Shown here: piece after piece, positions 33,354-42,961 of the stretch
How the letters are laid out: the number at the start of each line of letters is the position of its first letter
Position numbering within the stretch: position 1 is the stretch's first letter
Source of the DNA: a virus
Length of the DNA: 64,000 bases
IMG/VR virus record: IMGVR_UViG_3300037851_000476
Location: 1 to 64,000 of that record
Strand: one strand, 5' to 3'
Translations under genes and position numbers: made by a program
Notes under the pieces: model-generated
The model's input: the letters and a program-made list of their open reading frames with translations, nothing else
What the model was told of the DNA's origin: nothing
Databases searched by the model: none

Positions 33354-34798
33354 TGGCCGACTTCGACTCAAACGATCTTGACGATCAGCACGAGGGCGAG
33401 CCGGTTGTCGGCCCTGCCGATACGGAGGGCTCCCTCGATGACCAGCACGAGGGGCAGCCGGTTGTCGGGTGGGAGTTCCCCTCAGATGTCGATCTGGTCG
33501 TTGCAGAGGCCTATCACGAGCATGCGGCCGATACCCTCGCGCTGACCCAGGAACACAATCTTGCCGTCGCAGACTGTTACCACACCCAAGCGGCCGATGC
33601 GCCTGCCATCGGGGTTTTTCTATCGGTCGCGGAATCCTCCCACGACCAAGCGGTTGATCCCCTTGCCATTACCCAGCAGCACACGCTCGCCGTCGCCGAG
33701 GCCCACCACGAGCATGCCTGCGATGCCTTGGCGCTGGCGGTCACGCTTTCAGTTGCCGAGGCCCACCACGAGCATGCGGCCCCGAACCTGACGATCACAA
33801 CGACGGGCGCAGTTGTCGATCTCACGGTTCAAGAAGCCCACCACGACCACGCGGCCGATTCGCTTATTCTCGGCCAGCAGCATGCGCTCGCCGTCGCGGA
33901 GTGCGCTCACGACCACGCGGCCGATCCGATCGGACTCACCGGCTCGCACACGCTTGCCGTCGCCGAGTCGCACCACGAGCATGCAGCCGACGGGCTCGAC
34001 ATCACCCAGCTCCACGTTTTGACGGTTGCCGAGTGCGCCCACGTTCACGATGCCCAGGCCCTCGCGCTGATTCAAAGCCATGCCCTACAGGTCGCCGAGT
34101 CAAGCCACGCGGTCCAATCGGATAATATCAGTTTTACGGGCGCCCAAAGCCTCGAAGTAGACAGCTCCGACCACGAGCATGCGGCCGACGGGCCGCTTGC
34201 CCTCTCTCAGCTTCACGCCCTTGCGGTTGCCGAGGCCCACCACGAGCAAACGGCAGACAGCCTCACGGTCACGACCGACGCTAATCTGGTTGTCGCCAGC
34301 AGCCACCACGCCCATGCGGCCGACACCCTTGCGCTGACCGGCACCCATTACCTATCGGTTGCCGACGGCTACCACGAACATGCCGCCGATGCCATGCGTC
34401 TTTACGGCACCCATTTCCTTGTAGTCGATGGCGAAAACTACCACGAGCATACGGCCGACGGCGCCCTGGTCTTGAGCATCAAGCACATCCTCGCGGTCGC
34501 AGACGGCTACCACGAGCATGCCGCCGACCATCTGGCGCTCACCCAGCAGCACTACCTCGACATGGACGCGAGCCACGGCTCCCATGTCGTTTTCTCCGAC
34601 AACATCGTTTTCCTGGCCCTTTCGCCGGTCGGGTACACGCAGCTTCACAGCCTTACGTTCCTCACCTCGCTTGCGAGCCTGACCCCCAATACCGCTATTG
34701 CCCAGCTCAACAGCCTGACTCCCGTCACAAGGCTTGCGAGCCTGACCCCCAACACCACCGTCGAACACTATGACGGCTACATAAGGATAGCCGCATGA
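33353..34798 (+). CDS. His-rich tandem-repeat protein (fibre-like)
   Basis: About 17 units of ~21-22 aa with the core [YHA]H[ED]HAAD...L.LTQ.H.LAVAE. ATGA-type junctions with both neighbours. Confidence 0.7.
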   Translation: MADFDSNDLDDQHEGEPVVGPADTEGSLDDQHEGQPVVGWEFPSDVDLVVAEAYHEHAADTLALTQEHNLAVADCYHTQAADAPAIGVFLSVAESSHDQAVDPLAITQQHTLAVAEAHHEHACDALALAVTLSVAEAHHEHAAPNLTITTTGAVVDLTVQEAHHDHAADSLILGQQHALAVAECAHDHAADPIGLTGSHTLAVAESHHEHAADGLDITQLHVLTVAECAHVHDAQALALIQSHALQVAESSHAVQSDNISFTGAQSLEVDSSDHEHAADGPLALSQLHALAVAEAHHEQTADSLTVTTDANLVVASSHHAHAADTLALTGTHYLSVADGYHEHAADAMRLYGTHFLVVDGENYHEHTADGALVLSIKHILAVADGYHEHAADHLALTQQHYLDMDASHGSHVVFSDNIVFLALSPVGYTQLHSLTFLTSLASLTPNTAIAQLNSLTPVTRLASLTPNTTVEHYDGYIRIAA

Positions 34799-35118
34799 TT
34801 ACCGAAACGATCCACAAAAACGCCGACAACACCATCAGCGTTGAACTGCGTTCAAACGGGGCTGCGATCACCGACCTTGCGAGCGCAAGCAAGGTCACGC
34901 TTGAGCTGGGGGGGCTGACTCTCAGCTCGGCCACCGCCACCGCTGGGGCGTTTGATTTCACGAGCTACGGGGCCGTCGGCCGGCTCGATATGAAGCTCGG
35001 CCATGAGGCCGCCGTGAAAACCCTGAAAAACGGGCAGTACAAGGCGACCTTGCGGGTCTTCGACACCACTTACCCGAACGGCCGCGTTTGGGATGACCTC
35101 ATCATCGAGGTGCGCTGA
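34795..35118 (+). CDS. small beta-sandwich-like virion-module protein
   Basis: ORF track. Overlapping junctions. Confidence 0.55.
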   Translation: MITETIHKNADNTISVELRSNGAAITDLASASKVTLELGGLTLSSATATAGAFDFTSYGAVGRLDMKLGHEAAVKTLKNGQYKATLRVFDTTYPNGRVWDDLIIEVR

Positions 35119-35600
35119 TGGCCGATACGATTGGACTTTGCGTAGAGCTTACCGGATCCCGCGCGAGCCAGTACGAAGGCTATGATTTCAACTCGTTTTG
35201 CAAGTTCGGCGAGGTCTACCTCGGCGCCGGGGATGCCGGGATCATGGTGCTGGACAGCGGGCATCTGGACGCCACGGCCAAGATCGAGGCGTTCTTCGAG
35301 CTGCCGACCTCGGACTTCGGCAGCGAGGCGCAAAAGCGGCTGCGCTCGGCCTACATCGGCGGGGAAACCAACGGCGAGCTGATGCTGACCGTGAAAGACG
35401 ATGACGGAAACGAGCGGGGGCTTCTGGTGTCTCCGAACCACTCCGCAAACCAGCAGCACTCCATGAAGGTGCCTATCGGCCGCAACGGCAAGGGGCGCTA
35501 CTGGATGCTCAAGATCGAAAACGTGAACGGCGCCGACTTCTCCATCGATTCAATCTCGGTGCTTCCGATTCTTATGAACCGCAAACCATCGGGGAGTTAG
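35118..35600 (+). CDS. virion-module protein (160 aa)
   Basis: ORF track. Confidence 0.6.
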   Translation: MADTIGLCVELTGSRASQYEGYDFNSFCKFGEVYLGAGDAGIMVLDSGHLDATAKIEAFFELPTSDFGSEAQKRLRSAYIGGETNGELMLTVKDDDGNERGLLVSPNHSANQQHSMKVPIGRNGKGRYWMLKIENVNGADFSIDSISVLPILMNRKPSGS

Positions 35601-35604
35601 GACA

Positions 35605-35979
35605 ATGGCTCTTGGGCTCTACGACCAAATCGAGGCGGCAAAGGCCCGCAATACCATAAACTTTGGATCGAGCTTCGATGCCCGCAAAAAGGCGCGCGCG
35701 CAGCTTGACTACTTGGGCAAGATCGATCCGGACAACGCGCCCCGCGAAACAACGCTTGACCCCGGCGCACCGGATGATCGCCGCAGGATTATCGACATGA
35801 TGAGCGCGAAAACCGCGCTTGGAATGGAGGCGCAGCAAAGTCTTAGGGAAAAACGGCCAGGGCTTTTCAAACAACCGCTTTTGCAAAATCAGGCCCAGGC
35901 AGATGAAGAAGGCTCCATTTTGAGGCGAAAGCGCAGGCTTGCGATGGCCGGCGTTAACGAGGGCGAAGAAGACTACTGA
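35605..35979 (+). CDS. hypothetical protein (124 aa)
   Basis: ORF track. Confidence 0.55.
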   Translation: MALGLYDQIEAAKARNTINFGSSFDARKKARAQLDYLGKIDPDNAPRETTLDPGAPDDRRRIIDMMSAKTALGMEAQQSLREKRPGLFKQPLLQNQAQADEEGSILRRKRRLAMAGVNEGEEDY

Positions 35980-36041
35980 TTTTTTTTGCCCTCTGGTTGG
36001 TAACTAATAGAAATTTTTTCTGAAAGAAGGAGGACTTTACC

Positions 36042-36800
36042 ATGTCGTTGAAACTTTCGACGGGATTAAGAGACAAGATGCTGGGGATGGTCGCCATTCC
36101 CAAGGCGGTCTACTCCGAGGGCATCGGCACCGGGGATCTCGCCTACGTCGATGGCGGGGCCGGAGAGGACACGATCACCCACAGCGCAAGCGGGTTCATC
36201 ACGGCGGGCTTCTCACCGGGGGATCTGATCTACACCTACGGCTCCACCACGGCCGGGAACAACCTCGTGGGGGTCGAGCTGACCGCCGTTGCGGCCGGAA
36301 CTCTGAGCTTTGCAACCGGCAGCATCGCGGCGGCCGAGGGCTTCGCGGCGACCACCTATATCGTCTGCTGCAAGGGCGGCTCGCTCAAGGACGTTTTCAA
36401 GGACGGGGTTCTCAAGATTTACTCGGGATCCCAGCCTTCTTCGCCCGATTCGGCGGTTTCCGGCACCCTGCTCGTCACCGTCACGCTTGCCTCGGGAACC
36501 TTTGTCGCGGGCGCGTTCGATAACGGGCTTGAGTTCGGAGCGGCGGGAAGCGGGGCGATCTCAAAGGCCGCGGGCGCCACATGGTCGGGGGCCGCGGGCG
36601 CCTCTGGCACGGCCGGCTATTTCAGGCTGTGCGCCAATCCGACCGACGCGGGGGGCGCTTCGACCTCGCTGCCGCGCATTGACGGCTCGATCGGGACCAG
36701 CGGGGCCGATCTCAACATGAGTTCGACCACCATCACGAGCGGTCAGACCTACACCATCGACACCTTCACGATCTCGCTGCCGCAGTATTACGGCGCATAA
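36042..36800 (+). CDS. virion-module protein (252 aa)
   Basis: AAGGAGG RBS. Gly/Ala/Ser/Thr-rich beta-type sequence. Confidence 0.6.
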   Translation: MSLKLSTGLRDKMLGMVAIPKAVYSEGIGTGDLAYVDGGAGEDTITHSASGFITAGFSPGDLIYTYGSTTAGNNLVGVELTAVAAGTLSFATGSIAAAEGFAATTYIVCCKGGSLKDVFKDGVLKIYSGSQPSSPDSAVSGTLLVTVTLASGTFVAGAFDNGLEFGAAGSGAISKAAGATWSGAAGASGTAGYFRLCANPTDAGGASTSLPRIDGSIGTSGADLNMSSTTITSGQTYTIDTFTISLPQYYGA

Positions 36801-36809
36801 AGGCAGGAG

Positions 36810-37679
36810 GTGGCCATGGCTGGCCTAAACGGGCAAACCAGCCCCCTCACCATATCGGCCAACACCGGGGCGGCGACGGCAAGCCCTCTAAACTTGCCGT
36901 CGCCCTCGCTGAACCGGTACGGCCTGTGGAGCCTGCTGCCGGCTTTAGAAACCGACTCAACGGACGAGATCGTTTCAAACAGCCTTGGCACCGACCCGCT
37001 TTCTCCACCCGTTTTACCGGCGCTCACCATCGAGGCCCAAGGCGAAACCGCGCTTTCGACCGTTTCGGGCGGGGCGCTGCTGCCGTGCATAGGGCTTGAG
37101 ATCAGGGTGGGCTATGCGGTTTCGGGGGTGCTTCCTGTTCCGGAGATCTCCGCGAGCGGGTCTTTCATCCAGGCCCTCAATCTCAACGGCGAGCTGCCGG
37201 CGCTCTCCCTCGATGCCACAACCGGCATTCGCTGCGGGACGCTGACGCTATCATTTCCCGAGCTTTCGATCTCGGGCGTCGGCGACCTCGTGGGGCGGCT
37301 TGACCGGCAAATGCCCGGGCTTGGCCTATCGGCCACCGGGGTTTCGCAAAACCTTGCCAGCTTAACAGGGTCCATCGCTGCGCTTTCGCTATCCGTATCG
37401 ATGTCGGCTACCGGAAGCGGATCACTTTCAAAATCGTTGCCCAGCCTTCAAATATCGGCCAGCGGCAGCCTTAACCATTACGGGCTACTCGATGCCGCCT
37501 TGCCGGGGCTGCTGGTTTCAAGCGGCGAAGCGCACCAATCGAGCATGAATCTTGATGCCGATCTGCCCACCTTGATCGTGCAGCTTGCGGGGCATGGGGC
37601 AAGCGGCATCGGGGGGGCTGGCTCGACCCTGGCAAATAACGAACGATTCGCGGATTACGTTTTAAGGCATTCGCGCTGA
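36810..37679 (+). CDS. repeat protein with about 12 LP.L.[IL]SA.G units
   Basis: Examples are LPALSLDATTG, MPGLGLSATGV, LPSLQISASGS and LPTLIVQLAGH. AGGAGG RBS. Confidence 0.6.
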   Translation: MAMAGLNGQTSPLTISANTGAATASPLNLPSPSLNRYGLWSLLPALETDSTDEIVSNSLGTDPLSPPVLPALTIEAQGETALSTVSGGALLPCIGLEIRVGYAVSGVLPVPEISASGSFIQALNLNGELPALSLDATTGIRCGTLTLSFPELSISGVGDLVGRLDRQMPGLGLSATGVSQNLASLTGSIAALSLSVSMSATGSGSLSKSLPSLQISASGSLNHYGLLDAALPGLLVSSGEAHQSSMNLDADLPTLIVQLAGHGASGIGGAGSTLANNERFADYVLRHSR

Positions 37680-39535
37680 TGCTTTATTTCCAACGCAACG
37701 GGATCCAGTTCAAAATACCGATCGGTAAGGATGCGGTCTATGACCATGACCTCCTCGAACGGCAGATAAAATGCGCCATGAGCGCCCTGCAGGCGCTAAA
37801 GGACCGCTCTCCCGGCCTGGATCAGATGCGCTACGAGCTTCCCGGCCAGTTCACGGTAAGCCGGAATTTCGGTGTGGATCAGATCACCATTGTACCGCAG
37901 AAGACAGCCGGAGGGCGCGCGGCGAAAGAGGCAAAGGAAAGGGTCTACGGCCCCAACTACGTCCTTTTAGTCGAAATGGGCGGCGGGCCGTCGGCCTTTG
38001 CCATCTTTGCTCCGTCTGAACGAGGGCAGGAAGCCAATACGGGCGATGGAAGCGCAAACCTTGCGCTTGCGGGCTGGACCGACATGGTGAGCGATATCAA
38101 CCTCGACCCTCCCGGCATCGTCGGCCAGCAGACTTTCAGGGCGCGATGGTGCGCCAAGGTGCTGGTATCGGGTGGCCCATACCCTATCGATATCCTGCCA
38201 GATGATCTCGAAGCCCTGGCGTTTGAGAGCGTCGAGCAGGTCAAAAGGGTCGATCAGGGCTATCTCGCCTACCCGGGGGAAAACGATACCGAGGAAGTGA
38301 CCCAATGCGGCACCTACTGGAACTATTGGACCTACGAGGACATTCCCGAAACCGAGTACCACGTTTACCCCGGCCCGCCGCCTCCGGACCTGTGCGGCTA
38401 CACTTGGAGCCCTCCCGGCGATAGCTCCGGTGAATACCACGATCTTCAACACCTTTTTTGGTATCGATTCAGGGGGCCAGCTCCTCAACCGGACGGCAGC
38501 GGCGGCCGGATCATCGATTTCTGGCCGGTGGAGTTCAACCAGGAATACATCTACGCGACCCATGTTAGGCGGGAGGGCGGGGTCTTCCGCTACATCGACT
38601 ACGACAGATCCGAATGGGACGATGCCGTTGATGTGGGGGTCATGCAGGCCTGCGGGGAGTTCCTGTTTGCGAACACCTTCACGAACATAGTCTCGCGCTG
38701 GGAAAACAGCCACCGCTATTTCGGGATCGTATGGGGAACCTACGCTTCCCCGGTTGACAACATACCGAGCGGCAGCTTCCCGTATGCGGGCTTCACCAAC
38801 GGGCCAGCCTACAGCGAGGAGGTGTCATCTGATTTCTCGCGGGTTTGGGATCTCGATGGCGTCTACGTCAAGGATGATACCAACTACTTCATTCAAGGGC
38901 TGCGCCGCAACACCGAGGGCAACTGGACCGACGGAACGGCCGGCCGGCTGGGCGAGCGCGAGGCGCGGATCCCCGCGAATATGTTTGACACCCCTCTTGT
39001 AGACGCAATGACCGAAAGACAGCTCACCATTTTAGAGGGAAACGAAGGGGCCGCGGCGTTCGAGTATAACCCCTGGACCCAAATTTGGGAATACGAGGAG
39101 CAAACCGACCCCGAACGCATAGAGCGGGATGTGATGATTAACGCGGGCGGGCGGGAATACTTCATTTTCCGCGAGCAAAAGCTCACCGCCACCGAGTTTA
39201 TTTCCAGCAGCTTTCAGGACTATGGGATTTTCACGAAAGAGAACACCGGGGTCAAAAAAAACAACGAGGTCGATGCTGAGAAGGTCGATCCGATCTATGC
39301 CTACTCGGTTTTGAAGGTCAACGAAAGCAACCAGGCGAAAAAAATCATCTACGGGATGGTGCTGGACGGATTGCACTATCGAACGGAGGAGTTTGACGGC
39401 GCAGACGGCGCTTACTCCGTGCCGGGAACCGAAAACGCTCCCGATCCCTGCACCGAGCGGGTGCGAATCGGCATTCGCAAGCCGAAGATAACCATTTTCG
39501 ATATTAAAGAGGTGTACGATGCCGAGGGTCGATAG
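37679..39535 (+). CDS. large virion-module protein (618 aa)
   Basis: ORF track. TGATG junction. Confidence 0.65.
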   Translation: MLYFQRNGIQFKIPIGKDAVYDHDLLERQIKCAMSALQALKDRSPGLDQMRYELPGQFTVSRNFGVDQITIVPQKTAGGRAAKEAKERVYGPNYVLLVEMGGGPSAFAIFAPSERGQEANTGDGSANLALAGWTDMVSDINLDPPGIVGQQTFRARWCAKVLVSGGPYPIDILPDDLEALAFESVEQVKRVDQGYLAYPGENDTEEVTQCGTYWNYWTYEDIPETEYHVYPGPPPPDLCGYTWSPPGDSSGEYHDLQHLFWYRFRGPAPQPDGSGGRIIDFWPVEFNQEYIYATHVRREGGVFRYIDYDRSEWDDAVDVGVMQACGEFLFANTFTNIVSRWENSHRYFGIVWGTYASPVDNIPSGSFPYAGFTNGPAYSEEVSSDFSRVWDLDGVYVKDDTNYFIQGLRRNTEGNWTDGTAGRLGEREARIPANMFDTPLVDAMTERQLTILEGNEGAAAFEYNPWTQIWEYEEQTDPERIERDVMINAGGREYFIFREQKLTATEFISSSFQDYGIFTKENTGVKKNNEVDAEKVDPIYAYSVLKVNESNQAKKIIYGMVLDGLHYRTEEFDGADGAYSVPGTENAPDPCTERVRIGIRKPKITIFDIKEVYDAEGR

Positions 39536-39755
39536 TAAAGAGCGGTTCGGGATCTCGCAGGACGAAATGGGGGCGGCGCAGAAACGGCCCAGCCGGAGGC
39601 TGATCCCCGAGATCGGCATTCTCGTGACCGATTCGGCGTTTGTCGTTCTTTTCTTCGATGACGCCGGCAACCAAGAGGCCCGCGTCATAAAAGACCTGGA
39701 CGATGCCCTGGCCGCCATACGCAGGCGCCTTAGAAAGCGAACCGAGGAGGAATAA
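39519..39755 (+). CDS. hypothetical protein (78 aa)
   Basis: ORF track. Confidence 0.45.
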   Translation: MPRVDSKERFGISQDEMGAAQKRPSRRLIPEIGILVTDSAFVVLFFDDAGNQEARVIKDLDDALAAIRRRLRKRTEEE

Positions 39756-39758
39756 CCG

Positions 39759-41708
39759 ATGGGCGAATGGTTGATTCCCGCTACGATCACCCCGCCAAGT
39801 AACGTCAGCTCAAGCGGCTCGCTGGTCAGCGACCGTTTCGAGCAGGCGCAAATCTACGGTGATGCCGCTTGGCAGACCGCATGGGAGCTGCTGGAAGCGT
39901 TGCGAGGCCAAACCTACCCGATAAGCTGGACGATCGACCCATGGGTATCTCCCAGCCCGGGAGGGCTGGACGGGCTCGCCATGAATGAGCCCACTCAGCC
40001 GACGATCGATGACGTTTCCATGGATATCCCGGTCTTCTCCGACGAAGCCCCGACGATGCCCGATGTCACCCTGGCGGCCACCACGCCGCCCGAGTTCAAC
40101 GTAGCCGATCCGGGCTTCCAGGTTCCAGCGGCCCCGACCGACGAGTTCCCGATATTTTCCACAAACGAGCCGGATATCAGCAATCCGAGCCTGCCGACGC
40201 GGCCCTCCTACAGCCTGCCGGCCGTTCCGGTATTGAGCGCCATTTCCATCCCATCGCCGCCCGAGTTCAACTGGCCCTCCTTCGAGGGGGAGCTGCCGAC
40301 GATGGACATCACCCCGCCCGAGCCGATGTTCGTATGGAACGAGGCCGAATACGACTCGGCGGTGAAACAGCAGCTTGCCACCAAGCTACTGAACGACCTT
40401 ATAAGCGGCGGCTCGGGGCTTGACGCGGAAACCGAACAGGCGATTTACGACCGCGCCACCGCGCGCCAGGAGCTTGAAAACCAGCAGATCTATGACGAGG
40501 CGCTTTCCTTTTTCGCCAACCGCGGGTTTCGCTTGCCCCCCGGGGCGCTCGCCGCCCGCCTGCAGGAGGCGGCCTACAAGATCGCCCAAACGCGCACCGA
40601 CATCAACAACGACATTCTGGTGCAGCAGAGCAAGCTCGCGCAGGAGAACACCCATTTCATCATCGATCGTGCGATCCAGCAGGAAAAAAACCTGATGGAC
40701 TACACGAATCAGTACCAGCAGCGGGCATTCGAGGCGGCCAAGTACGTTGTCGAGGCGGCCCTTATCATCTATCAAGCCAAGGTCGAGGCGTACAAAGCCC
40801 AGCTTGAGATCTACCGGACCCAGGCCCAGGTTTACGAAGCGCGGATCAGGGCCGAGGTCGCCCGGGCTGAGATCTATCGGGCGCAGATCGAGGCCGTCAA
40901 ACTGAGCGTTGAGGCCCAGCGGCTCTTGATCGAGGCCTACAAGGCGCAAGTCGAAAGTGTCATGACCATTATCGAGGTCTACAAGGCCGAGATGGAGGGC
41001 GCCAAGATCCAGGCGCAGATCGACGGCATACGGGTTGAGAGCTTCCGCGCGCTGGTTGAGGCCTACAAGGCGCGGATCGGCGCCGTCACGGCCAAGTATG
41101 AGGCCTATCAGGCGCAAGTCGCAGGCGAAAAGATAAAGGCCGAAATGTACGAGGCGCAGGTACGCGGGTACGCGGCCCGGGTCGAGGCCTACAAGGCGGC
41201 GGCCGAGGTCGATGTCGCCCGGGTCGAGGCCCAGGTTTCGCTGCTCAAAGGCCGGATCGAGGCCTATCGCGGCTCGATCGAACGGTACAAGGCACAGGTC
41301 GAGGCCGCAATCGAGCAGGCCAAGGTGGACATCGAGGAGGAAAAGCTGGGGGTTGCGGTCTACGAAGCGGACGTAAAGCGATACGAGGCCGAGGTCGAGG
41401 CGGTCAGCAAGGTTTACATCGGCCGAGTCGAGGAGGCCAAGGCCAAGGCCGACGTTCAAGTGAAGCAGGCCGAGGTCGCCGTAAGGGAAGCCGTCGCTCG
41501 GTACGGGCTCGCTACGGGCTCATCCGAGGCGATGGCGAGGGTCGCGGCGCAGCTCGCGGCATCGGCCCTTTCCATGGTGTCCGCGTCCGCGTCCCTCGGT
41601 TATCAGGAGGGCAGACATGACAGCCGGAGTTTCAGCGGCAGCATGAACGCAAGCGCCAGCTCCAACAGCTCGGTTTCCGTTGCCAATATCCACACATCAT
41701 CGGGTTAG
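39759..41708 (+). CDS. Pro-rich N-terminus plus long Tyr-punctuated coiled coil (internal/ejection-type protein?)
   Basis: EAYKAQLEIYRTQAQVYEARIRAEVARAEIYRAQIEAV... extends over about 250 aa. Confidence 0.65.
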   Translation: MGEWLIPATITPPSNVSSSGSLVSDRFEQAQIYGDAAWQTAWELLEALRGQTYPISWTIDPWVSPSPGGLDGLAMNEPTQPTIDDVSMDIPVFSDEAPTMPDVTLAATTPPEFNVADPGFQVPAAPTDEFPIFSTNEPDISNPSLPTRPSYSLPAVPVLSAISIPSPPEFNWPSFEGELPTMDITPPEPMFVWNEAEYDSAVKQQLATKLLNDLISGGSGLDAETEQAIYDRATARQELENQQIYDEALSFFANRGFRLPPGALAARLQEAAYKIAQTRTDINNDILVQQSKLAQENTHFIIDRAIQQEKNLMDYTNQYQQRAFEAAKYVVEAALIIYQAKVEAYKAQLEIYRTQAQVYEARIRAEVARAEIYRAQIEAVKLSVEAQRLLIEAYKAQVESVMTIIEVYKAEMEGAKIQAQIDGIRVESFRALVEAYKARIGAVTAKYEAYQAQVAGEKIKAEMYEAQVRGYAARVEAYKAAAEVDVARVEAQVSLLKGRIEAYRGSIERYKAQVEAAIEQAKVDIEEEKLGVAVYEADVKRYEAEVEAVSKVYIGRVEEAKAKADVQVKQAEVAVREAVARYGLATGSSEAMARVAAQLAASALSMVSASASLGYQEGRHDSRSFSGSMNASASSNSSVSVANIHTSSG

Positions 41709-41719
41709 GAGATTGAAGT

Positions 41720-42940
41720 ATGGCGACTTACCTGGAAAGCGTAGAGGCTCAACGCAAAAAGCGCGAGGGCAACGTCCTCGGCGGCGTTTGGGGCGCAGTC
41801 AGAAGCGAGCTGAACGCCATGGCCACCGGCAGCCCCGAAGGTCGCCAGCTCTACGAGCAGGGCCGTGACGCCATCCTGCGCGGGCCGCAGAACCCGTTTG
41901 GGACAACCGCGATCGGAACCTCCGAACAGGTCGGCCGCGGGGTGCAGGCAGCAAAGGACTTCCTGGGGGATGCCTTTACAAAAGAGGCCTTCACCACTTC
42001 CGCGGCTGACCGCAATCGCCGGCTGCAGATGGCGCAATACCCGTTGCAGCCGGCGCACGGCAGGCCCGTCGAGGCCCCCGTCATGGCCAAGAGCCAGCAA
42101 ACCGGCGAATCACGACCGGAGATAGGGCTAAGAAATGAAGGCCCGCCCGAGCAGGCGGCCTATGGCGCCGGAGAGCGAGCCGACCAGCGCACCATGCCCG
42201 CCAAGACCGGACAGGCGGTAGGCACCTCGACCGCCGCCAGCAGCTCGGGGCCGACGGCCGCGCCGTCCTCGGATCCCCGCAAGCGCTACATGGACATGGC
42301 CAAGATGAGCCTTGAACAGCGCGAGGCCTACCTTAACAAGCTGCCGGAGGGTCAGCGTCCGATTCATGCGATCCGCGGCACAAAAGAGAGCTGGTACTCC
42401 CCCGGCATGAGCCGTGAGTTTGCGACCATCCCCGAGGCGATGAGCGGCATCCAGGGCCGGCCGACCTACGAAAGCGAGGAGGAGCGGGCCGAGCATGCAG
42501 CGGGGCGCGCGGCGGTGTCCTCCCGGCAATCGGCCAGATTCGCCCACGAGCGGGCGATGAAGACCGACGAGTTCGCCCATGAGGAGAAGATGGCGAAGGA
42601 TTACGGCGTCGGGGTCAAGGGTAAGGGCAGCATCAAGGGCGCCGACGGCGACGAGTGGAAGCCTGAAAAGTTTACGCTGCCGGATGGGACCGAAGCGTTT
42701 CAGCTCTTTTCGAAAGCGGGCAAGACCGTCACGGTCAAGCCGAACCCCGAATCGGTCGGCGGCTTTCTGCCTGGAATGAACATGGATCATTCTCCAACCC
42801 GCCAGATGGCGCTCGACATGGTGATGGGCGTCAAAGACCCCGCCGAGCAGAACCGGCTTTTTATGAATCAGCCGAAGCACATTCAAGAGGCGATTCTGCA
42901 GGCAATCAAGGAGCGCAAGGAGCGGGAAGCCAAGAAATAG
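41720..42940 (+). CDS. virion-module protein (406 aa)
   Basis: ORF track. Confidence 0.6.
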   Translation: MATYLESVEAQRKKREGNVLGGVWGAVRSELNAMATGSPEGRQLYEQGRDAILRGPQNPFGTTAIGTSEQVGRGVQAAKDFLGDAFTKEAFTTSAADRNRRLQMAQYPLQPAHGRPVEAPVMAKSQQTGESRPEIGLRNEGPPEQAAYGAGERADQRTMPAKTGQAVGTSTAASSSGPTAAPSSDPRKRYMDMAKMSLEQREAYLNKLPEGQRPIHAIRGTKESWYSPGMSREFATIPEAMSGIQGRPTYESEEERAEHAAGRAAVSSRQSARFAHERAMKTDEFAHEEKMAKDYGVGVKGKGSIKGADGDEWKPEKFTLPDGTEAFQLFSKAGKTVTVKPNPESVGGFLPGMNMDHSPTRQMALDMVMGVKDPAEQNRLFMNQPKHIQEAILQAIKERKEREAKK

Positions 42941-42961
42941 CAGTAAAGGGGCCAGGGGAAA

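Noticed and set aside
33353-34798. A diversity-generating retroelement acting on the repeat protein.
   Set aside because: No reverse transcriptase ORF or template-repeat/variable-repeat pair is present in the window. The repeats are tandem protein-coding units.
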